This document shows, in pieces, positions 7,457 to 16,220 of a stretch of DNA of 18,721 nt; the first letter of the stretch is position 1, and every line of letters begins with the position of its first letter. The position numbers were made by a program, and so were the translations under genes. Origin of the DNA: a candidate division WOR-3 bacterium (GTDB lineage: Bacteria > Hydrothermota > Tepidihabitantia > SM23-42 > CAYGYG01); contig CBFGIV010000045.1 in assembly GCA_965648915.1 (NCBI GenBank), positions 1 to 18,721 on the forward strand, written 5' to 3'. The notes under the pieces were generated by a model. It searched no databases. It was not told the origin of the DNA and saw only the letters and a program-made list of their open reading frames with translations.

Positions 7457-8836
7457 ATGGAAGAAGTAATTACTAAAAAAGTTCAGAAAACTATCGAAAA
7501 TTATCGAATGTTAAAAGGTGTTCGTCGGCTCTTAATCGCCTTTTCGGCTGGGCCGGATTCAGTTGCCCTGCTCGATATCCTTCATCACCTTTATGGGAAA
7601 AAGATTAAATTTTACATTGCCTACATAAACCATCAAATCCGGCCTGCCGCAAAGAAAGAAGAGATGATGACCCGAAATTATGCTAAAAGGTATAAGGTTG
7701 GCATCCGTATTCGCCGAATCGATCTGCGCAAAATCCCGATGACCGAAGGCCTGGAATCAGCCGCACGGGAACTGCGGTACAAAAGCCTCTTCTGTCTGGC
7801 TGAAGAGGTAAAAGCCCAGAAAATCGTCCTGGCCCATAATGCCGATGACTTCCTCGAGACTTTTATCTTAAATCTGATCCGGGGGGGTGGTCGACTGGGT
7901 CTCGCCGGGATGCCACCAATCCGGGGGCGTATCATCCGGCCCTTAATTAAGATCCGCAAGGACGAAATCTTAAAATATCTCAGAAAGAAAGGGCTTAAAT
8001 ACTCATTTGACCGAACCAATCTATCGATCCGTTTCCGCCGCAACTACATCCGTCGGAAGATCGTACCCCACCTGGTAAGACTCAATCCGGATATCCATAA
8101 TACCATTTTCCGAAGTATCGAGATCTTACAATCCGAAGAGGAATTCTTAGATGCTCAAACTGAACAGATTTTTAAGGCGGTCAGTCAGATCAGTCCCGAC
8201 ATAATTAAACTTGACAGAAATCAACTTTTTAAGTATAGTATAGTTCTAATTCGACGGGTAATTCGTAAGGCCCTGACCTTAATTAAAAGTGATCTGCACG
8301 GTATCGAATTCAAGCACATCGATCAGATAGTAAGTCTGGGGCATAAAAAAACGGGAAAGGCAATCGTGTTACCTCAAAGTCTGATCGCGGAAAGGGAATA
8401 CGACTGGATTGTAATAAGAAAAGAATGTGCTCCTCCGACTGATTTTCTTCTGAATGTGCCAATTGGTGCGAAAAGAGTTTTACCCGATTGTAATATTGTA
8501 ATTACGACAAGATTGATTGGCATCAAAAAATGGCAGAAGATCCGACAGGCACCTGCGTGCACGGCCTATTTCGATTTTGATCGGCTTCACCTTCCGCTCG
8601 TTTTAAGAAACCGGAAAGCGGGTGACTTTGTTATAGATTTTAGTGGTAACCGAAAAAAGATCAAAGATATCTTTATCGGTCATAAGATACCGAGGGCTGA
8701 GCGACCAAGGATACCCTTGCTGGTAGATCAGAAAGATATTCTCTGGATTGTGGGCTATGCGCGATCGAATCGAGCATTGGTAACTGAAGCAACCAAAAAA
8801 ATTCTGGTGGTAAAAGTTGAAAATCTTAATAAATGA
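7457..8836 (+). CDS. tilS: tRNA(Ile)-lysidine synthetase
   Basis: PP-loop SAGPDS, ARELRY, AHNADD..ET, IRPL, D.TN...RN.IR, C-terminal KKIKDIF...KIP..ER..IPL..ILWIVG. Conserved synteny with hpt-ftsH. Confidence 0.95.
   Translation: MEEVITKKVQKTIENYRMLKGVRRLLIAFSAGPDSVALLDILHHLYGKKIKFYIAYINHQIRPAAKKEEMMTRNYAKRYKVGIRIRRIDLRKIPMTEGLESAARELRYKSLFCLAEEVKAQKIVLAHNADDFLETFILNLIRGGGRLGLAGMPPIRGRIIRPLIKIRKDEILKYLRKKGLKYSFDRTNLSIRFRRNYIRRKIVPHLVRLNPDIHNTIFRSIEILQSEEEFLDAQTEQIFKAVSQISPDIIKLDRNQLFKYSIVLIRRVIRKALTLIKSDLHGIEFKHIDQIVSLGHKKTGKAIVLPQSLIAEREYDWIVIRKECAPPTDFLLNVPIGAKRVLPDCNIVITTRLIGIKKWQKIRQAPACTAYFDFDRLHLPLVLRNRKAGDFVIDFSGNRKKIKDIFIGHKIPRAERPRIPLLVDQKDILWIVGYARSNRALVTEATKKILVVKVENLNK
8211..8239 (+). 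promoter_or_regulatory. Candidate internal promoter within tilS
   Basis: TTGACA (8211-8216) - 17 nt - TATAGT (8234-8239), 11/12 match to consensus. Confidence 0.5.
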
Positions 8837-9341
8837 AAGAGATATAAAGAAACGGGTGAAGGAACTTGCCCGGGCAATTGAGTCCGATTATAAAGATCGG
8901 AGTGTAATCTTGATTGGTATCCTGAAAGGCGCAGCAATCTTTCTGGCCGATCTGATTCGTGAGTTAAGAATTCCGCTCGAACTCGACTTTATTAAAGTAT
9001 CCAGTTATTTATCGGGCGATAAATCATCAGGCCGGGTCAGAATCTTCGAGACCGGTTCGCTTGATATCAAGGCTAAAGATGTAATTATAGTTGAAGACAT
9101 CGTTGATACCGGTTTAACGCTGAGGCGTATTTTGCAAAGATTGCGCCCTTATAAGCCAAAATCTCTTGAAGTCTGTGTCCTGCTGGATAAAAAAGATAAT
9201 CGTAAGGTTGATCTACGGTTGAAATATATAGGTTTTGAAATTCCCAACATTTTTGTGGTTGGCTATGGCTTAGATTTTGTGAACCGTTACCGTAACATTC
9301 CCTATATTGGAGTTTTGAATGGAAGATCGAGAAAATCTTAA
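8817..9341 (+). CDS. hpt: Hypoxanthine phosphoribosyltransferase
   Basis: GILKGA.IF.ADL.R, VSSY, PRPP motif [26 protein letters not shown]...YRN.PYIG. TTG start with GGTGG 6 nt upstream. Confidence 0.95.
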   Translation: MKILINERDIKKRVKELARAIESDYKDRSVILIGILKGAAIFLADLIRELRIPLELDFIKVSSYLSGDKSSGRVRIFETGSLDIKAKDVIIVEDIVDTGLTLRRILQRLRPYKPKSLEVCVLLDKKDNRKVDLRLKYIGFEIPNIFVVGYGLDFVNRYRNIPYIGVLNGRSRKS

Positions 9342-11172
9342 AAATCGAAATGTGAAATCTTTCTTCTTCTTTCTCCTCATTGTCCTGACGCTCTGGGTCG
9401 TCACCTATCAGCTTTTCTTTTCCAAAAAGACCCGAGAGATTACCATACCATATTCCCGCTTTAAGTATGAACTCAAAAATAGAAATCTGAAAAGCGTTAT
9501 TCTCAGTGAAAAATTGATCCGGGGTGAATTCAAGCAGGCAATAAATATCGAGGAGGATAACCATCGCAAGAGTTATAAAAATTTCGTAACCATCCTCCCG
9601 ATTGAAGACCCGAATCTGATTAACGAGATGGTCGATACCGGCGTTGAGGTAAAAGCCAAGACCCCTTCAATCTGGCCCAACCTTTTGCTTCAGGTTCTGC
9701 CCTTTCTCTTTATTATCTTTATCTTCTGGTATCTCTTTTTAAGACAGGTCCAGAGCGGCCAGAGTCGGGCCTTTACTTTTGGCCGGAGTCGGGCCAAGAT
9801 AATCCTCGAGGATAAACCAAAGACCACCTTCAACGATGTTGCCGGGGTCGAAGAGGCAAAAGAGGAGTTAGAAGAGATCATCGAATTTCTCAAGGCCCCT
9901 TTAAAATTTCAGCGCCTGGGCGGCAGGATACCAAAAGGGGTATTACTCCTCGGTCCGCCCGGAACTGGTAAGACCCTGCTGGCCAAGGCAATCGCGGGTG
10001 AGGCAAAAGTCCCTTTCCTCTCTATCTCTGGATCAGACTTTGTCGAGATGTTTGTCGGGGTCGGCGCATCCCGGGTCAGGGACCTCTTCGATCAGGCAAA
10101 GCGGAATGCTCCCTGCATTATCTTTATCGATGAGATTGATGCGGTTGGCCGTCAGCGCGGCTCGGGTCTGGGTGGCGGCCACGACGAGCGGGAGCAGACC
10201 TTAAATCAACTCCTCGTGGAGATGGATGGATTTGAAACCAATGAGGGTGTGATTATTATGGCCGCAACCAATCGTCCCGATATCCTTGACCCCGCCTTAC
10301 TCCGTCCGGGTCGATTCGACCGGATGATTGTCATCGATCGGCCCGATGTCAAGGGGCGCCTTGGCATATTGAAAGTCCATACCCGGAAGATTCCCCTGGA
10401 TAGCGATGTCGACCTTGAGATCCTGGCCCGGGGCACACCCGGATTCTCCGGGGCTGATCTGGCAAATATGGTTAACGAGGCAGCCCTGCTCGGTGCCCGG
10501 CGTAACCGCTCCAAAGTTGCGATGGTTGACTTTGAAGATGCCAAGGATAAAGTGTTGATGGGGGTTGAACGGCGCAGTCTGATTATCTCAGATGACGAGA
10601 AACGCTTAACCGCCTATCACGAATGTGGTCATGTCCTCGTTTCCAAAAATCTACCCAATATGGACCCGATCCATAAGGTCACCATCATTCCCCGGGGTAT
10701 GGCATTGGGTGTTACTCAGGCATTACCAATTGATGATCGGAGGACATATTCCAAGACTTACTGCCTGAATCAGATTACCTTTATGTTAGGAGGTAGGGTT
10801 GCTGAACTTCTGGTATTAAAAGATCTTTCCACCGGTTCGGGTAATGACATTGAAAAAGCCACAGAACTGGCAAGGAAGATGGTCTGCGAGTGGGGAATGA
10901 GCGAAAAGCTCGGTCCTTTAACCCTGGGCAAAAGGGACCAGGAGATCTTCTTGGGCCGGGAACTTGGCCTCCACCGAAACTTCAGCGAGGAGACCGCCCG
11001 GATCATTGACGAAGAGATTAAGCGCATCGTCGATGAGGCTGAAGCCCGGGCCCTGAAGATTATCGAGGAGAATATCAATCAACTCCATCTCCTTGCCCGG
11101 ACCCTGCTGGAAAAAGAGATTCTGAGTGGCGACGAGATCGATCAAATTCTGAAGAAGGGACCAGATGGATAA
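9319..11172 (+). CDS. ftsH: ATP-dependent zinc metalloprotease FtsH
   Basis: Two N-terminal TMs, Walker A GPPGTGKT, Walker [29 protein letters not shown], Zn motif HECGH. Confidence 0.98.
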   Translation: MEDRENLKNRNVKSFFFFLLIVLTLWVVTYQLFFSKKTREITIPYSRFKYELKNRNLKSVILSEKLIRGEFKQAINIEEDNHRKSYKNFVTILPIEDPNLINEMVDTGVEVKAKTPSIWPNLLLQVLPFLFIIFIFWYLFLRQVQSGQSRAFTFGRSRAKIILEDKPKTTFNDVAGVEEAKEELEEIIEFLKAPLKFQRLGGRIPKGVLLLGPPGTGKTLLAKAIAGEAKVPFLSISGSDFVEMFVGVGASRVRDLFDQAKRNAPCIIFIDEIDAVGRQRGSGLGGGHDEREQTLNQLLVEMDGFETNEGVIIMAATNRPDILDPALLRPGRFDRMIVIDRPDVKGRLGILKVHTRKIPLDSDVDLEILARGTPGFSGADLANMVNEAALLGARRNRSKVAMVDFEDAKDKVLMGVERRSLIISDDEKRLTAYHECGHVLVSKNLPNMDPIHKVTIIPRGMALGVTQALPIDDRRTYSKTYCLNQITFMLGGRVAELLVLKDLSTGSGNDIEKATELARKMVCEWGMSEKLGPLTLGKRDQEIFLGRELGLHRNFSEETARIIDEEIKRIVDEAEARALKIIEENINQLHLLARTLLEKEILSGDEIDQILKKGPDG

Positions 11173-11725
11173 AAGAAAGATTGAAGAAGCAGTCAGATTA
11201 TTCTTAAAAGCAATCGGCGAAAACCCGAATCGCGAAGGATTGAAGAGCACACCCCGGCGGATTGCTGAGATGTGTGAGGAGATCTTTTCCGGTCTTAAGA
11301 CCGATCCGTCAAAAGAGATGGTCTGCTATAAAGCCAAGAATGAAGACGAGATGATTATGGTCAAAGATATCCCCTTCTATTCAGTCTGTGAGCATCATCT
11401 TCTCCCCTTTTTTGGTAAAGCCCATATCGTCTATATTCCCAGGGATAACCGGATCACCGGTTTTTCAACCCTGGTCAGAATAATCGATATTATGTCCAAA
11501 CGGCCTCAACTTCAGGAAAGGCTTACATCAGAAATTGCTGATTTCTTGATGAATACCCTCAAGCCCTTGGGTCTTTTGATTGTGATTGAGGCCGAACACC
11601 TCTGCCTCTCGATGCGTGGTGTTAAAAAACCGGGGGCTCTAACCATAACTTCTTCGATACGGGGTGTAATGCGTTCGCCGGCAACGCGGGCTGAAGCCTT
11701 CTCATTGATCAAAAACAGCAAGTAA
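11165..11725 (+). CDS. folE: GTP cyclohydrolase I
   Basis: [49 protein letters not shown]. Confidence 0.95.
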   Translation: MDKRKIEEAVRLFLKAIGENPNREGLKSTPRRIAEMCEEIFSGLKTDPSKEMVCYKAKNEDEMIMVKDIPFYSVCEHHLLPFFGKAHIVYIPRDNRITGFSTLVRIIDIMSKRPQLQERLTSEIADFLMNTLKPLGLLIVIEAEHLCLSMRGVKKPGALTITSSIRGVMRSPATRAEAFSLIKNSK

Positions 11726-11788
11726 GATACATCAGTTCTGCAGTGAACCTCGAGGAATAAAGATTCCAACCACGAGGAAAATCTAATT

Positions 11789-12487
11789 ATGAAAATCCAT
11801 GTTGGCACCTCGGGCTGGTACTATGAATGGAATCAGGATCGCACTCTCGACTGGTATATTACAAATTCCGGTCTAAACAGTATCGAACTGAATGCCTCTT
11901 TTTATCGTTTCCCCTTCCCCAATCAGGTGAAGGCGTGGGCCAAAAAGGGCAGACCCCTGCGCTGGGTAGTAAAAGTCAACCGTCTCATAACCCACCAATC
12001 CAAGTTTTCAGACCGTGCCATCGAAACCTGGAAAAAATTTCAGGGCCTTTTTTTACCAATGGTGGAAATGATTGACTTCTTTCTCTTTCAACTACCACCA
12101 AATTTAACACCCCAGGCACGGAACAAGATCGAAACTTTTTTAGTCCGGACCGGGATTAATGAACAGTGTGCCCTTGAACCCAGGCATACTGCCTGGTTTA
12201 GTGATGAAGTCTATCAATGGGCAAAGGACTTAAAAATCACCTGGGTCTCAATCGACGCCCCGGAATTTTCCCGGGATATCATCAAAACAACCGATACCGT
12301 CTATTTGAGAATGCACGGACGAACCGGCTGGTATTATCATAACTACTCACCATCGGAATTGAAAGAGATCGCCCGGAGAATTTTAGCCACCCGACCAGGA
12401 AGAATCTATATCTTTTTCAATAATAATCACAATATGCTCAAAAATGCCCAGATGATGGAGAAAATCCTATCAGGCAGAACCCGGTAA
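11789..12487 (+). CDS. DUF72 (YecE-like) protein
   Basis: VGTSGW.Y..W, IELNASFYR.P, K..R.ITH, LFQLPP, EPRH..W, YLRMHGR, Y.YS..EL, YIFFNN. GAGG SD. Confidence 0.9.
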   Translation: MKIHVGTSGWYYEWNQDRTLDWYITNSGLNSIELNASFYRFPFPNQVKAWAKKGRPLRWVVKVNRLITHQSKFSDRAIETWKKFQGLFLPMVEMIDFFLFQLPPNLTPQARNKIETFLVRTGINEQCALEPRHTAWFSDEVYQWAKDLKITWVSIDAPEFSRDIIKTTDTVYLRMHGRTGWYYHNYSPSELKEIARRILATRPGRIYIFFNNNHNMLKNAQMMEKILSGRTR

Positions 12488-12493
12488 TTAATC

Positions 12494-12521
12494 TTGACTT
12501 TAGATAAATTTCATATAGTAT
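12494..12521 (+). promoter_or_regulatory. sigma70-type promoter for the ferritin-like gene
   Basis: TTGACT (12494-12499) - 16 nt - TAGTAT (12516-12521). A second TATAAT lies at 12556-12561, and AGGAGG SD precedes ATG 12583. Confidence 0.5.
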
Positions 12522-12582
12522 AAATCTCTTTAATAATTTGTCTTGTCGCCTTTTGTATAATCAACATTAAACAGGAGGTTTA

Positions 12583-13095
12583 ATGGAAGAAGGAATTAAA
12601 ATTCTTAATATCGGTATCGAACTTGAAAAGACCGGACTTAAAAACTATCTCGATTATGCCTTCAAGACCAAAGATATAACCGGCAAGAATATGTTTTTAA
12701 AGTTAGCCCGGGATGAATTTGACCATATGACAATCCTCGAAAAAGAACTTAATAGCCTTCTGACAAATCGGTGCTGGGTAAGGGAAGATGTCCCGGAATC
12801 GGTGATCGAAAAGGTCGCACCCCGCCTGCGTGATATTGAAAGGAAGAAATCTGAGGAGGGTCTTAAAGAACTGGATGCCTTAAAATCGGCACTCGATGGC
12901 GAGAAGAAGTCGATCGAATTTTATAAGAGCGAGAAGAATAAATTAAAAGATGGTAATGCCCGTCTTATCTTTGAACGCCTGATTGAAATGGAAGAGTCTC
13001 ACTATGACTTGATCCAGGCTGAGATCGACCATATTGAAAAGACCGGTTTCTGGTTTGGCATTGCTGAATTCTCGCTCGAAGCAGAAAGAGAATAG
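12583..13095 (+). CDS. Ferritin-like / rubrerythrin-family diiron protein without a rubredoxin domain
   Basis: Two E..(Y)...ExxH units: EKTGLKNY...DEFDH and EKKSIEFY...MEESH. Confidence 0.85.
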   Translation: MEEGIKILNIGIELEKTGLKNYLDYAFKTKDITGKNMFLKLARDEFDHMTILEKELNSLLTNRCWVREDVPESVIEKVAPRLRDIERKKSEEGLKELDALKSALDGEKKSIEFYKSEKNKLKDGNARLIFERLIEMEESHYDLIQAEIDHIEKTGFWFGIAEFSLEAERE

Positions 13096-13097
13096 TA

Positions 13098-14126
13098 TTA
13101 AATTGTCTTTGCATAACCTAAGGCGCCGGCGATTGTTATTGCCTTTTTAGGACAGACCTTAAAACATTGACCACAGCCAATGCACTTCTCTTTTATCACT
13201 TTATGCTTACTTCCGGTTTTACCGTCGATCGCCTTCACTTTACAGACCTTGATGCACTCACCGCAGCCATCACAATTTAATGAGATTATTGCGTAGGGTC
13301 TAACCTTTACCCGATCCACAAAGGAGTCGGTCGGGCACAGGGCCCGACAGATACCGCAGGAGGTACATATATCGTAATAGATAACCGGGATATTCCCCTT
13401 ATGGTCCGGTTGTCCTGGATCGACTGATATTGCTCCTTCAAAAGGGCAGACCTTTACACAGATTGTGCAGGTTATACATCCTTTGCTGCAAACTTCTTTT
13501 ACCCTCTTGCCCTTGTCCAGGCTCTTACAGGCAAGATAGATGAGTTGCTCTTTCGGTATCAATTCAATTACCTGCCGGGGACATTCCTGGACACAGATCC
13601 CACAACCGGTGCACTTTTTGGGATCAATAATCGGTAATCGATCCGGCCCCATCCTGATTGCCTTGACCGGGCAGACAGTGACACAATGGCCCAATCCCAG
13701 ACAACCATAGGAACAGGCCTTGTTACCGCCCAGAAGTAGATAGTTGAAACGACAATCCTCAGGACCGTAATATCGAAATCGCTCAATCGCTGTTTCTTTT
13801 CCGCCTTTACATCGAACAACGGCGATCTTCCCTTCGTCCAATTCAATCTCTGCCTCTAAAATTTCACTCAACCGATTAATCACTTCCGGACCGCCTATCA
13901 GACAGAGATTGGGCTGAGCCTTTCCTTCAGCCACCAGCCGGGCATAGTTGTCGCAGGATGTAAAACCACAGACACCACAGTTGAGCCCGGGTAATGCACC
14001 TCTGACCAATCCCTCTTTTTCATTCAACCTCACCGCCAGTCGGGCATAGGCAATTGCTAACATCAAACCGGTAATCAGGCCGAGTCCACCAAGAGTAAGA
14101 ATCGCTCTGAGCAGGTCCAGAATCAA
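13098..14126 (-). CDS. rnfB: Rnf complex subunit B, long polyferredoxin form
   Basis: N-terminal TM, LPGLNCGVCGF..C, C.YGCLGLG.CV.VCP, multiple CxxCxxCxxxC motifs. Last gene of rnfCDGEAB. Start is either TTG 14126 or CTG 14120. Confidence 0.93.
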   Translation of the reverse strand: MILDLLRAILTLGGLGLITGLMLAIAYARLAVRLNEKEGLVRGALPGLNCGVCGFTSCDNYARLVAEGKAQPNLCLIGGPEVINRLSEILEAEIELDEGKIAVVRCKGGKETAIERFRYYGPEDCRFNYLLLGGNKACSYGCLGLGHCVTVCPVKAIRMGPDRLPIIDPKKCTGCGICVQECPRQVIELIPKEQLIYLACKSLDKGKRVKEVCSKGCITCTICVKVCPFEGAISVDPGQPDHKGNIPVIYYDICTSCGICRALCPTDSFVDRVKVRPYAIISLNCDGCGECIKVCKVKAIDGKTGSKHKVIKEKCIGCGQCFKVCPKKAITIAGALGYAKTI

Positions 14127-14716
14127 CCTCCCAAACTTAACCCGAAAAGCCCTGCAAACCCCATAAAGGCAAGTGATACCAGACTGGCAGCGATAAAGGC
14201 GATCGGGTAACCCTTCATCGACCCACTGATCGGTGCCAGTTCCAGCCTCTCCCTTAAACTGGCAAAAAGGATTATAACCAGAGTAAAGCCAAGAGCAGTC
14301 CCGAGGGCAAAAAAAGTCGCATTGAGAATAGAAAATTTATTATCGATACTGAGAAAGGTTACAGCCAGAATTGCACAATTGGTGGTAATTAAAGGCAGAT
14401 AAATGCCCAGTCCATTATAAAGAAGCCGAAAATTTCTCTTCAAAAACATCTCGACAAATTGTACCAGACCAGCAATAATCAGGATAAAGGTAACCGTTCT
14501 TAAAAAAATAAGACCGAATGGAAAAAGAATGAGGTTATAAAGCAGATGTGTAACCCAGGTAGCAATCATCATTACAAATATTACCGCCAGTCCCATACCA
14601 GTTGCGGTCTCAACCTGAGTCGATACCCCAAAAAAGGGGCAGAGTCCGATAAACCGGATAAGAATGATATTATTTACAAGAAAAGCCGAAAAGAATATTA
14701 ACAAAGGATTCTTCAT
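14123..14716 (-). CDS. rnfA: Rnf complex subunit A
   Basis: LVNN.IL.RFIGLCPF.GVS, GMGLAVIFV, LVQFVEM, LGIYLPLITTNCAIL, LRERL, LAFMGF. Confidence 0.96.
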   Translation of the reverse strand: MKNPLLIFFSAFLVNNIILIRFIGLCPFFGVSTQVETATGMGLAVIFVMMIATWVTHLLYNLILFPFGLIFLRTVTFILIIAGLVQFVEMFLKRNFRLLYNGLGIYLPLITTNCAILAVTFLSIDNKFSILNATFFALGTALGFTLVIILFASLRERLELAPISGSMKGYPIAFIAASLVSLAFMGFAGLFGLSLGG

Positions 14717-15321
14717 CTTTTATTATCGAAATAGAGATTAATTAAACCCTTAAAAATACCGATGAGCAGAAAAGCGCCCGGAGGCAAAATCATAAATGTG
14801 ACTGGAGCCTGGCGAAAATTTGACCCGAGTATCTCCTGACCGAAGACCGTGCCGTTCCCTAAAAGTTCTCTCAGGACGCCGATCATTGTTATGACCAGCG
14901 TAAATCCTAAAGATATCCCCAGCCCATCGAGCAGGGACTTAAATATCGAATGTTTTGAAGCAAAGGCCTCAGCCCTGCCCATAATGATACAATTTACGAC
15001 AATCAACGGGACAAAGACACCCAATTTGCGATACAGGTCAGGACTACCCGCCTGCATAAGATAGTCGATGATTGTCACGAAGGTGGAGATCACAACAATA
15101 AAGATCGGGATCCGGACCTCGTTGGGTATTATCTTCCTCATCATCGAAATCATAATGTTCGAGGCAATCAGGACAAACGATGCGGCAATGCCCATCCCGA
15201 GACCATCCCGGGCAGTTGTAGAAACAGCCAGTGTCGGACAGAGCCCGATCATAAGGACCAAGACCGGGTTCTCGCGGACAATCCCCTTAGTAAGGATCTC
15301 CCAGTTACTTAACTTTTTCAT
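14713..15321 (-). CDS. rnfE: Rnf complex subunit E
   Basis: GI..ENPV...IGLCPTLAVS, VRIP, LG.FVPLIVVNCIIMGRAEAFA, RELLGNG, ILPPGAF. Confidence 0.96.
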   Translation of the reverse strand: MKKLSNWEILTKGIVRENPVLVLMIGLCPTLAVSTTARDGLGMGIAASFVLIASNIMISMMRKIIPNEVRIPIFIVVISTFVTIIDYLMQAGSPDLYRKLGVFVPLIVVNCIIMGRAEAFASKHSIFKSLLDGLGISLGFTLVITMIGVLRELLGNGTVFGQEILGSNFRQAPVTFMILPPGAFLLIGIFKGLINLYFDNKR

Positions 15322-16220
15322 TTTTTTAAATAAGAACGATAACGCTCAACGCCCTTTTTGACTGCGTCAATTACTGCCGATGAAGATATGGTCGCACCGG
15401 AGATGGTTTCAAATTTCGCTTTAGAAACAAATTGTTTAAGAAAATCATCTTCAACAATCCGGGAGCCGATACATTCGGTCTCATGCTGTTCAACTATTTT
15501 CACTCCGACTATCTTCTTATTCTGGTCAATACCAACCAATAATCGGATCTCGCCACAGTAACCTATAGTTCTCGTCATAAAGACAATACCCCAGATCTGA
15601 CCGCTGCCATTATAAACCAGCCAGGATGAGTCTTCAATAATCGGAACAAATTTCTCCCCATCCGGGAATAACTCTCGCCGCAAATCTTTCCGGACAAGAT
15701 AATTTTGATAATGCTTCATACCATTTCTTACGCCATCAACCACGGCGCGGGAAGAGATCGTCGCTCCGGTGATAGCATCGATCATCCCTCCATCTTTTTT
15801 CAATCTGATCCCGGCTGTATCCTTACCAATAAACTGCCGGATAAATTCTTTATCACTAATCTTTGTCCCCAATCCCGGGGTCTCCCTGAGCCCTTCAGCC
15901 GGTGAAGCAATCTTTATACCGGTTATCACCCCTTCATTATTCAGCCCGACGGTGATCGGTATCTTATCCGCATAGCCCCGGGGGAAAACCCGAAAAACAA
16001 TACCGATGGTATCGCTTCCTTTAATAGCGAGAAATAGCGTTTCAGGTAAAATCGGAATGAACCGATCGGCATCAATAACCATCTTGAGATCCTCTTCCAT
16101 TTGAAGGCTTTTTGCCTTATCGATTCCCGGTTTTGTTGCACGATATACACAGGAAAGGATCAAGGCAGAAAATGTGGTTGTAATAAAAAGTGCGAAAATC
16201 ATCTTCAGATATTTACCCAT
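15318..16220 (-). CDS. rnfG: Rnf complex subunit G with two tandem FMN-binding domains
   Basis: Start reassigned to ATG 16220 (MGKYLK..., GGAG SD), giving 300 aa. One N-terminal TM. ETPGLG...DAITGATISS and a second ETECIG...ETISGATISS. Confidence 0.92.
   Translation of the reverse strand: MGKYLKMIFALFITTTFSALILSCVYRATKPGIDKAKSLQMEEDLKMVIDADRFIPILPETLFLAIKGSDTIGIVFRVFPRGYADKIPITVGLNNEGVITGIKIASPAEGLRETPGLGTKISDKEFIRQFIGKDTAGIRLKKDGGMIDAITGATISSRAVVDGVRNGMKHYQNYLVRKDLRRELFPDGEKFVPIIEDSSWLVYNGSGQIWGIVFMTRTIGYCGEIRLLVGIDQNKKIVGVKIVEQHETECIGSRIVEDDFLKQFVSKAKFETISGATISSSAVIDAVKKGVERYRSYLKK

Noticed and set aside
7881..7887. G7 run in tilS as a phase-variation tract
   Set aside because: It is in frame, encodes the conserved RGxG region of a normally essential gene, and is short.
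11455..11485. FolE motif GFSTLVR (consensus GLSKLxR) as a sign of inactivation
   Set aside because: The Zn ligands (CEHH, HLC) and QERLT are intact, so this is more likely ordinary divergence.
12583..13095. Ferritin-like protein as encapsulin cargo
   Set aside because: No encapsulin gene is adjacent and no recognisable targeting peptide is present.
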